From Deltaproteobacteria bacterium (GTDB lineage: Bacteria > JAGRBM01 > JAHCIT01): 64,000 bases of DNA. Location of the stretch: NCBI GenBank assembly GCA_026129095.1, contig JAHCIT010000011.1:1-64000 (forward strand). The letters run 5' to 3'. The notes under the pieces were generated by a model. It was not told the DNA's origin, searched no databases, and was given only the letters and a program-made list of their open reading frames with translations. Below, piece by piece: positions 29,317-38,174 of this stretch (positions within the stretch are counted from its first letter, which is position 1; every line of letters begins with the position of its first letter). The position numbers were made by a program, and so were the translations under genes.

Positions 29317-30387
29317 CTAGGCCAGTCCCGCATCACCGGCCGCACGCGTCAGCCGCGCCGCCAAATACGTCACCGCCGGCAGGATCCGTTCGTAATCCAT
29401 CCGGGGAGTACCCAGCACACCCACGATTCCGATCGGATCCGATCCTTCGGGGCCATATCCGGCCACCACGAGTGCCGCCGGAAAACCGTCAATCCCGGTT
29501 TCCGAGCCAATGAGCGTCCGCACCCGGCCGTCGCCATCGCGGGCCACCCGCTCCAGAAGCCGCGCCAGCCGGCTCCGCTCCTCCAGCAGCTCCATCACCG
29601 CACGGAGCCGCTTCTCGTCGCTGGAAAGCTCCGGGGCCGTCAGCACGCTACTCAGCCCCTCGACGATGAGCCGCCCGCCGGAATCCTCGGCCTCGACGCC
29701 CGCCAGCGTCTGCCCGGCGAGCTTCAGTGCCGCCGTCCGGAGCCGGTCGTATTCATCCTGGGCATGGCGGAGCTCCTGCGCCACCCGCTCGCGCAGTTCG
29801 GCCAGCGTAAGTCCGTGGAGAATCGAATTAAGATAGTTGTTGAACCGCTCCAGTTCGGCAGTTTCGACTTCCTCCGGGGAAACCAGATGCCGGTGACGAA
29901 CATCCCCCGACTCGGTGACGATGATGGCCACCAGTTCATTCCGGCGGAGTCTCAGGAACTCGATCCGGCCGAGACGCTCGGCCCTGGCCACCGGCGAGAG
30001 CACCAGACCCGCGCAACTGGAAAACATGGCCGCCAGCTTCGATCCCTGCGGCAGGCAGTCGCGGAAACTGGTGGCTCCGGTGAGGCCGGATTCGATGAGC
30101 GCGGCATCCCCGTCCTCCAGCCCGGCCGGTTCCATCAGATCCCGCACGAAGACCCTGAAGCCCTCGTCCGTGGGCACCCGGCCGGCCGATGCATGTGGCT
30201 GGTGCACAAGGCCATCAGCCGCGAGTTCGCCGAAAATGTTCCGCACCGTGGCGGCCGAGCAGTCCAGCCCGCCGCCCCGGACAATCTCAGACGAGGGCAC
30301 CGGTTCGCCGCTCCGGACAAACATCTTCACGAGCGTGCCCAGCACCACATGACGCCGGTCGGTTTTCATTCGTCTCGCCATCAACAA
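29317..30387 (-). CDS. hrcA: Heat-inducible transcription repressor HrcA
   Basis: GEPVPS, SAATVRN, QPHASAGRVPT, GVLGTPRMDY. Start could be 30381 or 30369. Confidence 0.93.
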   Translation of the reverse strand: MLMARRMKTDRRHVVLGTLVKMFVRSGEPVPSSEIVRGGGLDCSAATVRNIFGELAADGLVHQPHASAGRVPTDEGFRVFVRDLMEPAGLEDGDAALIESGLTGATSFRDCLPQGSKLAAMFSSCAGLVLSPVARAERLGRIEFLRLRRNELVAIIVTESGDVRHRHLVSPEEVETAELERFNNYLNSILHGLTLAELRERVAQELRHAQDEYDRLRTAALKLAGQTLAGVEAEDSGGRLIVEGLSSVLTAPELSSDEKRLRAVMELLEERSRLARLLERVARDGDGRVRTLIGSETGIDGFPAALVVAGYGPEGSDPIGIVGVLGTPRMDYERILPAVTYLAARLTRAAGDAGLA

Positions 30388-30436
30388 ATTACCAAATAGT
30401 TTCAGGCAGTTGCGTCATCCTTAGGTTAACGCATTC

Positions 30437-30464
30437 AGTGTAAATCGGACACCGCAAAAGGCAA
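30437..30464 (-). promoter_or_regulatory. Putative sigma70 promoter of the hrcA operon
   Basis: TTGCCT (30464-30459), 16-nt spacer, TACACT (30442-30437). Confidence 0.45.
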
Positions 30465-30470
30465 GCGGAC

Positions 30471-31718
30471 TTAGTCTGCCAAAAGGCCCGCAATCACCCG
30501 GTTTGCCAGCAGCACCGACCGGGGCGTAAGCCGCCAGCGGCCAATTCTCAGTTCAACTTCGCCCCGCCCGGCGGCCCGCTCCAGCCTTGGCAGAAGCCCC
30601 ACCGTCTTTTCAGTCCCAAACTCATGGCTGAGTTCTTCCAGCGAGATTCCCTCGTCCAGCAGCCGCAGGCCGAGGAAAACGGCTTCCTCGAACGCCTCGC
30701 TCCGGTCCACCTCGCGCCATTCGGGACAAATCCCGCGAACGGGCGCCAACAGTGATGCCAGTTCCCCCGTTCCTGCCACGCCTTCCACATATTTGCCGTG
30801 CCGTTCGAATGGCCGGGGCACGGACCAGCGTAAATCCGGGCTGTGGCCCTCACCCGGCCAGAAGCCGTGCGCCCCGGCGCCAAGGGCAAGATAGGGAACC
30901 CGGCGCCAGTAGAGCGAATTGTGCACCGCCTCGTGTCCCGGCAGCGCGAAGTTGGAGATTTCGTAATGGCGGTAACCGGCGGCCGCCAGCAGTTCACGTG
31001 CGGCCTCGAAGCAGTCGGCCTGGAAATCGCTGTCTGGCACGCCGAGTTTTCCTTCCTTCTGGAGGCGTCCGAACTCCGTGCCTGTTTCGACCGTAAGTCC
31101 GTACATCGAGACATGCAGAGGGCGGTATGCCAGTGCCCGGCGAAGTCCGGCGGCGAACCCTTCCACTGTTTGCCCCGGCAGGCCGTACATGAGATCCAGC
31201 GACCAGCTTTCGAGACCGCTCCCGGCAAGCAGTTCGAGCGCCGTTTCGGCCCTGGGAACATCGTGGACCCGGCCCAGCGTTTTCAGCACATCCGGCTGGA
31301 ACGTCTGTACCCCAAGGCTCACCCGCCCGATGCCCATGCCCCGGTAGCGGGCCAGTTTTTCCCGCGTCAGCGATTCAGGATTCGCCTCCAGCGTCACCTC
31401 ACGAAGTCCGGAGATATCAATCCACCGGCCGAGGGTGTCCAGAAGCTCCCCGATCAGGAGGGGCTCCACTGCCGAAGGGGTGCCGCCGCCGAGATACAGC
31501 GTCTGAAAGCCGCCCGCTCCGGCGGCCGAATCCAGAACCGGTGGAACCAGCAGTCCGGCTTCCCGCCGGAGCCGTCCGAAGTATACGGATTCGGCGCCCT
31601 CCGGCAGCGTCCCATCGGGCCACGAGTTGAAGTCGCAGTAGTGACACTTCCGCGCACAGAACGGGATATGGACATAGAGGCCGGGACACCGGCCGGAAGC
31701 ATCAGGGGACACCGGCAT
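30471..31718 (-). CDS. hemW: Radical SAM heme chaperone HemW
   Basis: YVHIPFCARKCHYCDF, GGGTPS, YEISN, HNSLYW; conserved position upstream of hrcA. Confidence 0.9.
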   Translation of the reverse strand: MPVSPDASGRCPGLYVHIPFCARKCHYCDFNSWPDGTLPEGAESVYFGRLRREAGLLVPPVLDSAAGAGGFQTLYLGGGTPSAVEPLLIGELLDTLGRWIDISGLREVTLEANPESLTREKLARYRGMGIGRVSLGVQTFQPDVLKTLGRVHDVPRAETALELLAGSGLESWSLDLMYGLPGQTVEGFAAGLRRALAYRPLHVSMYGLTVETGTEFGRLQKEGKLGVPDSDFQADCFEAARELLAAAGYRHYEISNFALPGHEAVHNSLYWRRVPYLALGAGAHGFWPGEGHSPDLRWSVPRPFERHGKYVEGVAGTGELASLLAPVRGICPEWREVDRSEAFEEAVFLGLRLLDEGISLEELSHEFGTEKTVGLLPRLERAAGRGEVELRIGRWRLTPRSVLLANRVIAGLLAD

Positions 31719-31834
31719 TTCGCGGCCATTGTGGCCATACCGCCGCTAAAAGTCCCGTACCTTCCTTAACTCTTGGACCGATCTCCCCGATGGGCTAGTT
31801 TCCTCCTTCAGGCAAGGGAAACCGAGGCACGCCC

Positions 31835-32320
31835 ATGATACCGACCGACCAGCTCAAACACATCGCGTTGTTCAGCGGCTTCACTCACGACGAACTGGAA
31901 AAGGTCGCCGCCGTCATGGACCAGAAAACCTGGAAGGACGGCGAGATCATCATCCGTGAGCGTACGATTGGCGAAGGGTTCCACTGCATTGCCAACGGTG
32001 AAGTGGCCGTCTGCCGCCGCCAGGGCGAAGAGCTTGAGGTATTCGCGACACTGAAAAAGGGCGAGCATTTCGGCGAGATCAGCCTCGTGGACAAGAAACC
32101 GACCACCGCCGACTGCGTGGCCAAGGGCACAACCACGACGCTGTTCCTGAGCCGCATGAAATACCGGTCCCTGATCGACAGCCAGCCAGCCATCGGCGTC
32201 AAGTTCCTTGAACACTTCTGCATGTCGCTCTGCGGCCGGCTGCGGGCCACCAATGAGGTCCTGTACGCCGAGAAAAAGATGTCCAAGAAGCTCAAGGAGA
32301 GCGCCGGCCGGAGCGTCTAG
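31835..32320 (+). CDS. Stand-alone cyclic-nucleotide-binding domain protein
   Basis: LFSGF, GEHFGEISL and RLRATN motifs; no C-terminal HTH. Confidence 0.87.
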   Translation: MIPTDQLKHIALFSGFTHDELEKVAAVMDQKTWKDGEIIIRERTIGEGFHCIANGEVAVCRRQGEELEVFATLKKGEHFGEISLVDKKPTTADCVAKGTTTTLFLSRMKYRSLIDSQPAIGVKFLEHFCMSLCGRLRATNEVLYAEKKMSKKLKESAGRSV

Positions 32321-32423
32321 GGGTCACATTTATTTTCCCTTCGCACCGCCGCCGGATCAGCTACACTTCCCCCGGCAACCGGCCGGACCTTGAAGGCGGC
32401 GCGGGGAGAGGTTCATCGAGACC

Positions 32424-33563
32424 GTGGCATCCGCTAATCCGATCCAGAGCATCCGGACCGAACTGAAGCAGACTTTCATCGAGCGCGAGGAGCTGATCGA
32501 CGGCACCCTCGCGGCGCTGCTTGCCCGTGAGCATGTGCTCCTGATCGGGCCGCCGGGAACGGCCAAGTCGATGCTCGCCGACGAACTGTGCAAGCGGATC
32601 GACGGGGCAGACTATTTCCAGTGGCTGCTGACCAAATTCACGACACCGGAGGAGATCTTCGGACCCATCTCTTTAAAGGCGCTGGAACGGGACGAATACA
32701 CCCGCATCCCCCGGGACAAGCTGCCGGTGGCGCACGTGGCGTTCCTGGACGAGATCTTCAAGGCGAACAGCTCGATCCTGAACGCACTCCTGTCGCTCAT
32801 CAACGAGCGCAAGTTCCACAACGGCGACAAGCCGCAGGATGCGCCGCTGATCTCGATGTTCGGAGCCTCCAACGAGCTGCCGGACGAAGAGGAACTGACC
32901 GCCCTGTATGACCGCTTCATGCTCCGCTACCTGGTGAAATACCTGGAGGAAGATGCGAACTTCGTCTCGATGCTGGCACTCAAGCAGCCCAAGACGCGGA
33001 CCCGGATCACGCTGAAGGAGCTCGACGAGATCCAGGATGAAGTGACCGCCATCGATCTGCCGGATCTGGTCATGAACCTGATCCTGACGGTCCGCAACAA
33101 GCTGAAGAAGGAGAACATCATCCCCTCCGACCGGCGGTTCCGCAACTCGCTGAACCTGCTCCGGGCGGTGGCCTACATGGAAGGCCGGAGCCACGTCACC
33201 GATTCCGACCTGATGATTCTCTGCCACGTCCTGTGGACGACGCCGGATGACATCCCGGTGGTGGAGAACGTCGTCTATGACGTGGCCAATCCCTTTGACC
33301 GGAGGGCGGACGAGTTCCTCCAGCAGGCCCAGGAGATCTCGGCCTATGCCCGGCGCGACTGGGCCGACGAGGACGAGCGCACCAAGGCCGGCATCGAGGC
33401 CCACACAAAGTTCAAGAAGATCCACTCCCGCATCGGCGATGTGATCAAGCGGGCGAGCCAGGAAGGCCGTTCTCTCGGCAAGATCGAGGATGTCCGCGTC
33501 CGGATCGAGCGGATGCACAACGAGATCCTGGAGAACTGCCTCGGACTGGAAGAAGCTCCCTGA
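32424..33563 (+). CDS. RavA-type MoxR AAA+ ATPase
   Basis: GPPGTAKS, FLDEIFKANSSILNALL, GASNELP, ALYDRF, SDRR. Confidence 0.92.
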   Translation: MASANPIQSIRTELKQTFIEREELIDGTLAALLAREHVLLIGPPGTAKSMLADELCKRIDGADYFQWLLTKFTTPEEIFGPISLKALERDEYTRIPRDKLPVAHVAFLDEIFKANSSILNALLSLINERKFHNGDKPQDAPLISMFGASNELPDEEELTALYDRFMLRYLVKYLEEDANFVSMLALKQPKTRTRITLKELDEIQDEVTAIDLPDLVMNLILTVRNKLKKENIIPSDRRFRNSLNLLRAVAYMEGRSHVTDSDLMILCHVLWTTPDDIPVVENVVYDVANPFDRRADEFLQQAQEISAYARRDWADEDERTKAGIEAHTKFKKIHSRIGDVIKRASQEGRSLGKIEDVRVRIERMHNEILENCLGLEEAP

Positions 33564-33595
33564 AGACCGGAGCGGCCCGGCTGGAGCCAGCGTAA

Positions 33596-35185
33596 ATGGC
33601 CTACACGCCCCCCAAGGATGTCGAGCGCGGCGAGTTCCGGCGCCGGAAGAAGACAGCCGCTGAACCACCGGCGCCTGCGGATCTGTCCGTCATCCATTCG
33701 GTCGAAAACGATTCCTTCGACCGGGCCATGTTCAGTGAAATGCTCGACGACTCGCCTGTGCTGGCGGACCTGAAGCGCCGGGGCGAAACATTCTTTTCGC
33801 CATTCGGGACGCTGCTGCAGGACGTCTTTTCGAGTTTGTACAAATACAACATCCGGCTCTCGGACCCGAAAACGCTCGTTAAGAGCAATCTCCAGAACCG
33901 GAGCCTCGTCGAAAGCGCCATGGGCCGTAAGGAGTGGCTCGAACTGCGCAAGTTCACCATCCTGAACGAACCCTCGGCGGCCGTCGCCACCTACAGCCTT
34001 GCCAGCGGGATTCTCAGCCAGATCCAGAAGGACATGGCCGAACAGGTCAACGACATGCACGACTCCGAGCAGCGCATGGCCGACCAGCAGGAGGAGATTG
34101 AATCGCTGGAAGAACTGCTGGAGAACTACAACGCCTCCCAAGAAATGGAGGAGAAGATCCGCGAGCGGCTGGAGCAGGCCCGCGAGGAAATGAGCGAGAA
34201 CGCCGAACGGTATGACCAGCAGGTCCAGGATTTCGAGAACGACCCCGCCCGCCAGAGCGCGCTGGAGCGGGCGCTCACCGACGGGTTCGAGCAGGCCCTG
34301 AACGATGTGCGCGACTCGCAGGAACTGATGGAAGGTTTCGGCGAGGAAGCCGGCCAGAACCAGCGGATGACGGTGAACCAGCGGCTGCTCCTGGCGAAAA
34401 AGCTCCAGACTTCGGACAAGCTGAAGCGGCTTGCCAAGATGGTGGGCAAGTTCAAGCGGCTGGCGCTGGCCGAACAGCGCCGCCGGGTGATGCAGCACCA
34501 CGAGGAGATGTACGACGTCACCCTGGGTAACGACATCTCCCGTCTCATACCGGCGGAACTGTTCACCCTGCGCCATCCGCTGCTCCGCAAGGATTTCCTG
34601 CGCCGGTTCGTGGAAGGAAAGCTCCTCCAGTACAACCTGCGCGGCGACGAGGAGCGGGGAAAGGGCGCCCTCGTCGTCTGCATCGACGGCAGCTACTCGA
34701 TGGAAGGCGAAAAGGAACTCTGGTCCAAGGCGGTGACGCTCGCCATGCTGGACATTGCCACCCGGCAGAAGCGCAACTTCCGGGCGATTCACTTCGGTTC
34801 GAAGAAGGATCCGCTTACGGTGATGGAGTTCCCGAAAAACGAGCTGCGGGAACGGCGGATCGAGAAGGTGGAGCAGCTCGCCGAGTATTTCATCGGCGGC
34901 GGCACCGACTTCGAGAAACCCCTCCAGGAAGCGATCTATTCGCTTGAGCGCGACGACAAGCAGCGCGGCGACATCGTGTTCATCACCGATGGCGACTGCG
35001 TGGTGTCGTCCCGGTGGCTCGCCGAGTTCCGGCGGATGAAAGAGGACCTGGAAGTGTCGGTCTATTCGATCCTCGTGGACATGGGGATCAATACCCCCGC
35101 CACGGTGAAGGAGTTTTCCGACAAGGTGACGACCGTCTCGCGCCTCACCTCAGACGAGGTGAAGGACCTGTTCGCGCAGCTGTAG
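33596..35185 (+). CDS. VWA-domain protein (ViaA-like)
   Basis: GNDISRLIPAE, LLQY, MIDAS DGSYS, GGGTDF, FITDG. Confidence 0.9.
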   Translation: MAYTPPKDVERGEFRRRKKTAAEPPAPADLSVIHSVENDSFDRAMFSEMLDDSPVLADLKRRGETFFSPFGTLLQDVFSSLYKYNIRLSDPKTLVKSNLQNRSLVESAMGRKEWLELRKFTILNEPSAAVATYSLASGILSQIQKDMAEQVNDMHDSEQRMADQQEEIESLEELLENYNASQEMEEKIRERLEQAREEMSENAERYDQQVQDFENDPARQSALERALTDGFEQALNDVRDSQELMEGFGEEAGQNQRMTVNQRLLLAKKLQTSDKLKRLAKMVGKFKRLALAEQRRRVMQHHEEMYDVTLGNDISRLIPAELFTLRHPLLRKDFLRRFVEGKLLQYNLRGDEERGKGALVVCIDGSYSMEGEKELWSKAVTLAMLDIATRQKRNFRAIHFGSKKDPLTVMEFPKNELRERRIEKVEQLAEYFIGGGTDFEKPLQEAIYSLERDDKQRGDIVFITDGDCVVSSRWLAEFRRMKEDLEVSVYSILVDMGINTPATVKEFSDKVTTVSRLTSDEVKDLFAQL

Positions 35186-35188
35186 GCC

Positions 35189-36919
35189 TTATTCCCACAT
35201 CCGGACGGGCAGCAGGTTCGCCAGGGCAAACCCGGCAATGAGCGCCCAGGAAAGCACGCGGGCCGGCGTTTCGTCGTCCCGGCGGAACATCATGAACGGC
35301 AGGAAACCCATCCACCAGGCAGTGGCCGCCGACAGCCATTCGAGCGGCATCATCATCCGGTAACGGAACAGGGCCATCCCGGCGGCGAGCGCGAACGGCA
35401 CGGTTCCGTGCAGCACCAGCTCGCGGAACAGGCGGTCCTTTTCCGTCCGGGCCGAACGGCGGGCGGCCAGCTTCAGGGAAAACTGGCAGACAAAGAGTGG
35501 TGGCAGCAGCAAGCCGGCCATCAGCGCCGAATAGCCCCACTTCCGTGCCGTCGGCCAGTAGTCGAGAATGGAACCCGTGAGTCCCAGGGCGAGCGCCCCG
35601 CAGACGGCGGCAGCGAACAGCACTCCGGCGGCAAGATAACGGAGCCCCGCCCCCCGGATCAGGCATTCGATCTGATGGGCACGGTTGTCCTCGTCCACAG
35701 CAAGGAACCACAGCACCGAGAACAGGATGCCCGCCGCCCAGAACTGTGCAAGGACCGGTCCAGCCAGCGCCAGCGGCACATGATCCAGCACCGGCTCCAG
35801 CACCACCGACAGGAGCGGCGCCGCCAGCCAGAGGGCGAGGTAGAGCCGCATGCCCAGCTTCAGATACAGGGGGCCGCTGTCTCCGGTGTCTTCGGCGGGG
35901 CCGAGTTCATGCTGGATCGCCTCGCTGATCCGTCCGCCGGAAATCCGGACAGCGGTGTGCGGGAAATGCCTTTCCAGCTCCCGGTACAAGAAGGCCAGCC
36001 ATGCCCACAGCAGTGCCCCGGCGGCTGCCAGAACCCCTGCGATGGTAAGCCCGCTGCCCAGCCAGTCGCGGGCGAACGCCCGCACGTATGCCGGAACGGA
36101 CGGGGGCTGCGACCGGTGGCCGAGCGAGCGGTCCAGCCAGTCCATCACCGCATGGGACATGCCGGGGTGATACACCTCCATGATGTGCTCACAGCCGGGA
36201 AATATCTTCAGGCCCCGCGCCGAGCCGTCCTCAAACCGGCCCACCACCTGTCCAGCTTCGGTAATCATGCCGCCGGAAAACCTTTGCGCCAGTTCCAGCG
36301 ACCGCTCACGGGAGATGTACTGGTCGTACGCACAGTTGAGGAACAGGTAGTTGGGGACTTTCGCCCAGTCACCATTGCCATTGATCCCGGCAATGGCGAC
36401 CACCGCCCCGACGTCCGCACCGAGCAGCGCTGCGTCGGTCACGGCATGGCCGCCCATCGAGTGTCCGACGAGCGCGATCCGTGCCGGGTCCACATCCGGG
36501 CGGCGGCGGAGCGCCTGTATGGCTGCGAGGATTTCCGGCTTTTCCAGCACCTTGAAACCTTCCGGCTCAAACCGCCGGGGGAACCGCATCGCTCCACCGG
36601 TATCGCCGTGCCCTCTCACGTCAATGGCGGCCACCACATAGCCCGATCTCGCCAGCGGAAGGATGTAGTTCGCCTCGTAGAGTTCGTGGCTCGCCATGAA
36701 ACCGTGGACAAACACCACTCCGGGCAGCCTGCCTCCTCCCACCGGACGGGCATAAACCTGCATGGAAACGTCTAGGCTGCTGCCGTCGCTTTCCCGGACG
36801 CTTTCCACGTGATCAACGACTTCAAGGCCCGCATACCGGTTCCACCGGAGGACAAATTGCCCCAGTGCCGCTGCGAACAGCCCGGCAACGACAACGATGG
36901 TTTTCGCCCGCGTAGACAT
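35189..36919 (-). CDS. Alpha/beta-hydrolase fused to a multi-pass membrane domain
   Basis: HGF, DVRGHG, GHSMGG nucleophile elbow; many C-terminal hydrophobic segments. Confidence 0.85.
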   Translation of the reverse strand: MSTRAKTIVVVAGLFAAALGQFVLRWNRYAGLEVVDHVESVRESDGSSLDVSMQVYARPVGGGRLPGVVFVHGFMASHELYEANYILPLARSGYVVAAIDVRGHGDTGGAMRFPRRFEPEGFKVLEKPEILAAIQALRRRPDVDPARIALVGHSMGGHAVTDAALLGADVGAVVAIAGINGNGDWAKVPNYLFLNCAYDQYISRERSLELAQRFSGGMITEAGQVVGRFEDGSARGLKIFPGCEHIMEVYHPGMSHAVMDWLDRSLGHRSQPPSVPAYVRAFARDWLGSGLTIAGVLAAAGALLWAWLAFLYRELERHFPHTAVRISGGRISEAIQHELGPAEDTGDSGPLYLKLGMRLYLALWLAAPLLSVVLEPVLDHVPLALAGPVLAQFWAAGILFSVLWFLAVDEDNRAHQIECLIRGAGLRYLAAGVLFAAAVCGALALGLTGSILDYWPTARKWGYSALMAGLLLPPLFVCQFSLKLAARRSARTEKDRLFRELVLHGTVPFALAAGMALFRYRMMMPLEWLSAATAWWMGFLPFMMFRRDDETPARVLSWALIAGFALANLLPVRMWE

Positions 36920-37007
36920 AGCGCCAGAACCGGCGGGCCAAGCCTAGCCGGACCGGTGGCAAAGCGGCCAGTAGGGAAATTTTCCCGAACGTATACACTT
37001 GCAGGTG

Positions 37008-38174
37008 ATGCACCTGGGTCTTTTTCTCGATTCCGCCGAGCCTTTCCTTGCGAGGGAGCTGCTTGTCCTGCAGGAGCGCGGCGTGCCGGTAACCGTCATG
37101 CCGTGCGGGCAGGATGTTTCCGTGCCGGGCCCCGTGGAAGCCGTCTTTCGTGGCGGGATTTCGCTTGATGCGGCCGCCTCGGCGGCCCAGATCATCCAGA
37201 ACCCGGCGGCCTCCCTGAGGACCATGCTCCGCGCCCGGAACCTGATGAGCACGGCGCGGCGGGAACTGAAGGCGGGTTATCTTGCCCGTGTCGTCCGCCG
37301 CCGGGGTGTTTCGCACCTCCACGGTGCGCTTTCAGGGGAGGCAGCCGAACTGGCCGCGATGGTGAGCGCGCTGACCGGCATTCCCTTTTCGTTCACGGCC
37401 CACGGAGCCGACCTCTTCATCCACAATCCCGGTCTCAGGGACAAAATCCGCCACGCCACGGCCGTCCGTGCGACGACGGAGTTCGCGGCCCGCGAACTCC
37501 GCGAGCGGTTCCCCGCCAACGCCGGCGTGATCCACTGCATCCGGCCGGCCGCCGGAGCGGTGGAAGAGGCGGCAAGCCCGCCGGAAGCAGCGGCGGGGCC
37601 ACCCTTCCGGATCGCGGCCGGCGGTCCGTTCATCTCCCGCTCCGGGCTGGATCAGGCGATCGAGGCAGCCTGCGATCTCACCCGCCGGGGCCTGGAGATT
37701 GATCTGGTGATTGCGGGAACCGGTCCTTTGGCAGGTGACCTGCTCAGGCACGTGGAGCTTCGCCGGGCGGGCGGTTTCGTCCGGATCGAAACATCCGGCG
37801 ACTATGCCCGCGCACTGGCTGGCGCTGCCGTGGCACTGGCTCCATGCCGCCGGGACCGGCTCGGCGGCATTGACCCCGTGCCGGAGTTTGTTCTGGAAGC
37901 CATGCGGCTCGGGGTTCCGGTCGTCTCCACGCGGCTCCCCGGCGTCGATGAACTGATCGAAGACAGCCGGACCGGGCGGCTACTGGAGCCGGACAATGCC
38001 CATGAACTGGCGGAAGCCACTGCCGAACTTCTGGCCGATCCGCTGCTCCGGCAGCTCCTCGCACAGGCGGCCCGGCGCGAGCTGGCAAAACGGCATGACT
38101 CCGGCCGCCAGGCGGGTCTCCTGCTCGGCCTCTATTCGATGCAGTCTCAGCCGGGCGCAGGCGGTTCCACATAA
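37008..38174 (+). CDS. Glycosyltransferase family 4 (WcaL-like), divergent
   Basis: PFSFTAHGADLF, LEAMRLGVPVVST, GVDELIED. Confidence 0.8.
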   Translation: MHLGLFLDSAEPFLARELLVLQERGVPVTVMPCGQDVSVPGPVEAVFRGGISLDAAASAAQIIQNPAASLRTMLRARNLMSTARRELKAGYLARVVRRRGVSHLHGALSGEAAELAAMVSALTGIPFSFTAHGADLFIHNPGLRDKIRHATAVRATTEFAARELRERFPANAGVIHCIRPAAGAVEEAASPPEAAAGPPFRIAAGGPFISRSGLDQAIEAACDLTRRGLEIDLVIAGTGPLAGDLLRHVELRRAGGFVRIETSGDYARALAGAAVALAPCRRDRLGGIDPVPEFVLEAMRLGVPVVSTRLPGVDELIEDSRTGRLLEPDNAHELAEATAELLADPLLRQLLAQAARRELAKRHDSGRQAGLLLGLYSMQSQPGAGGST

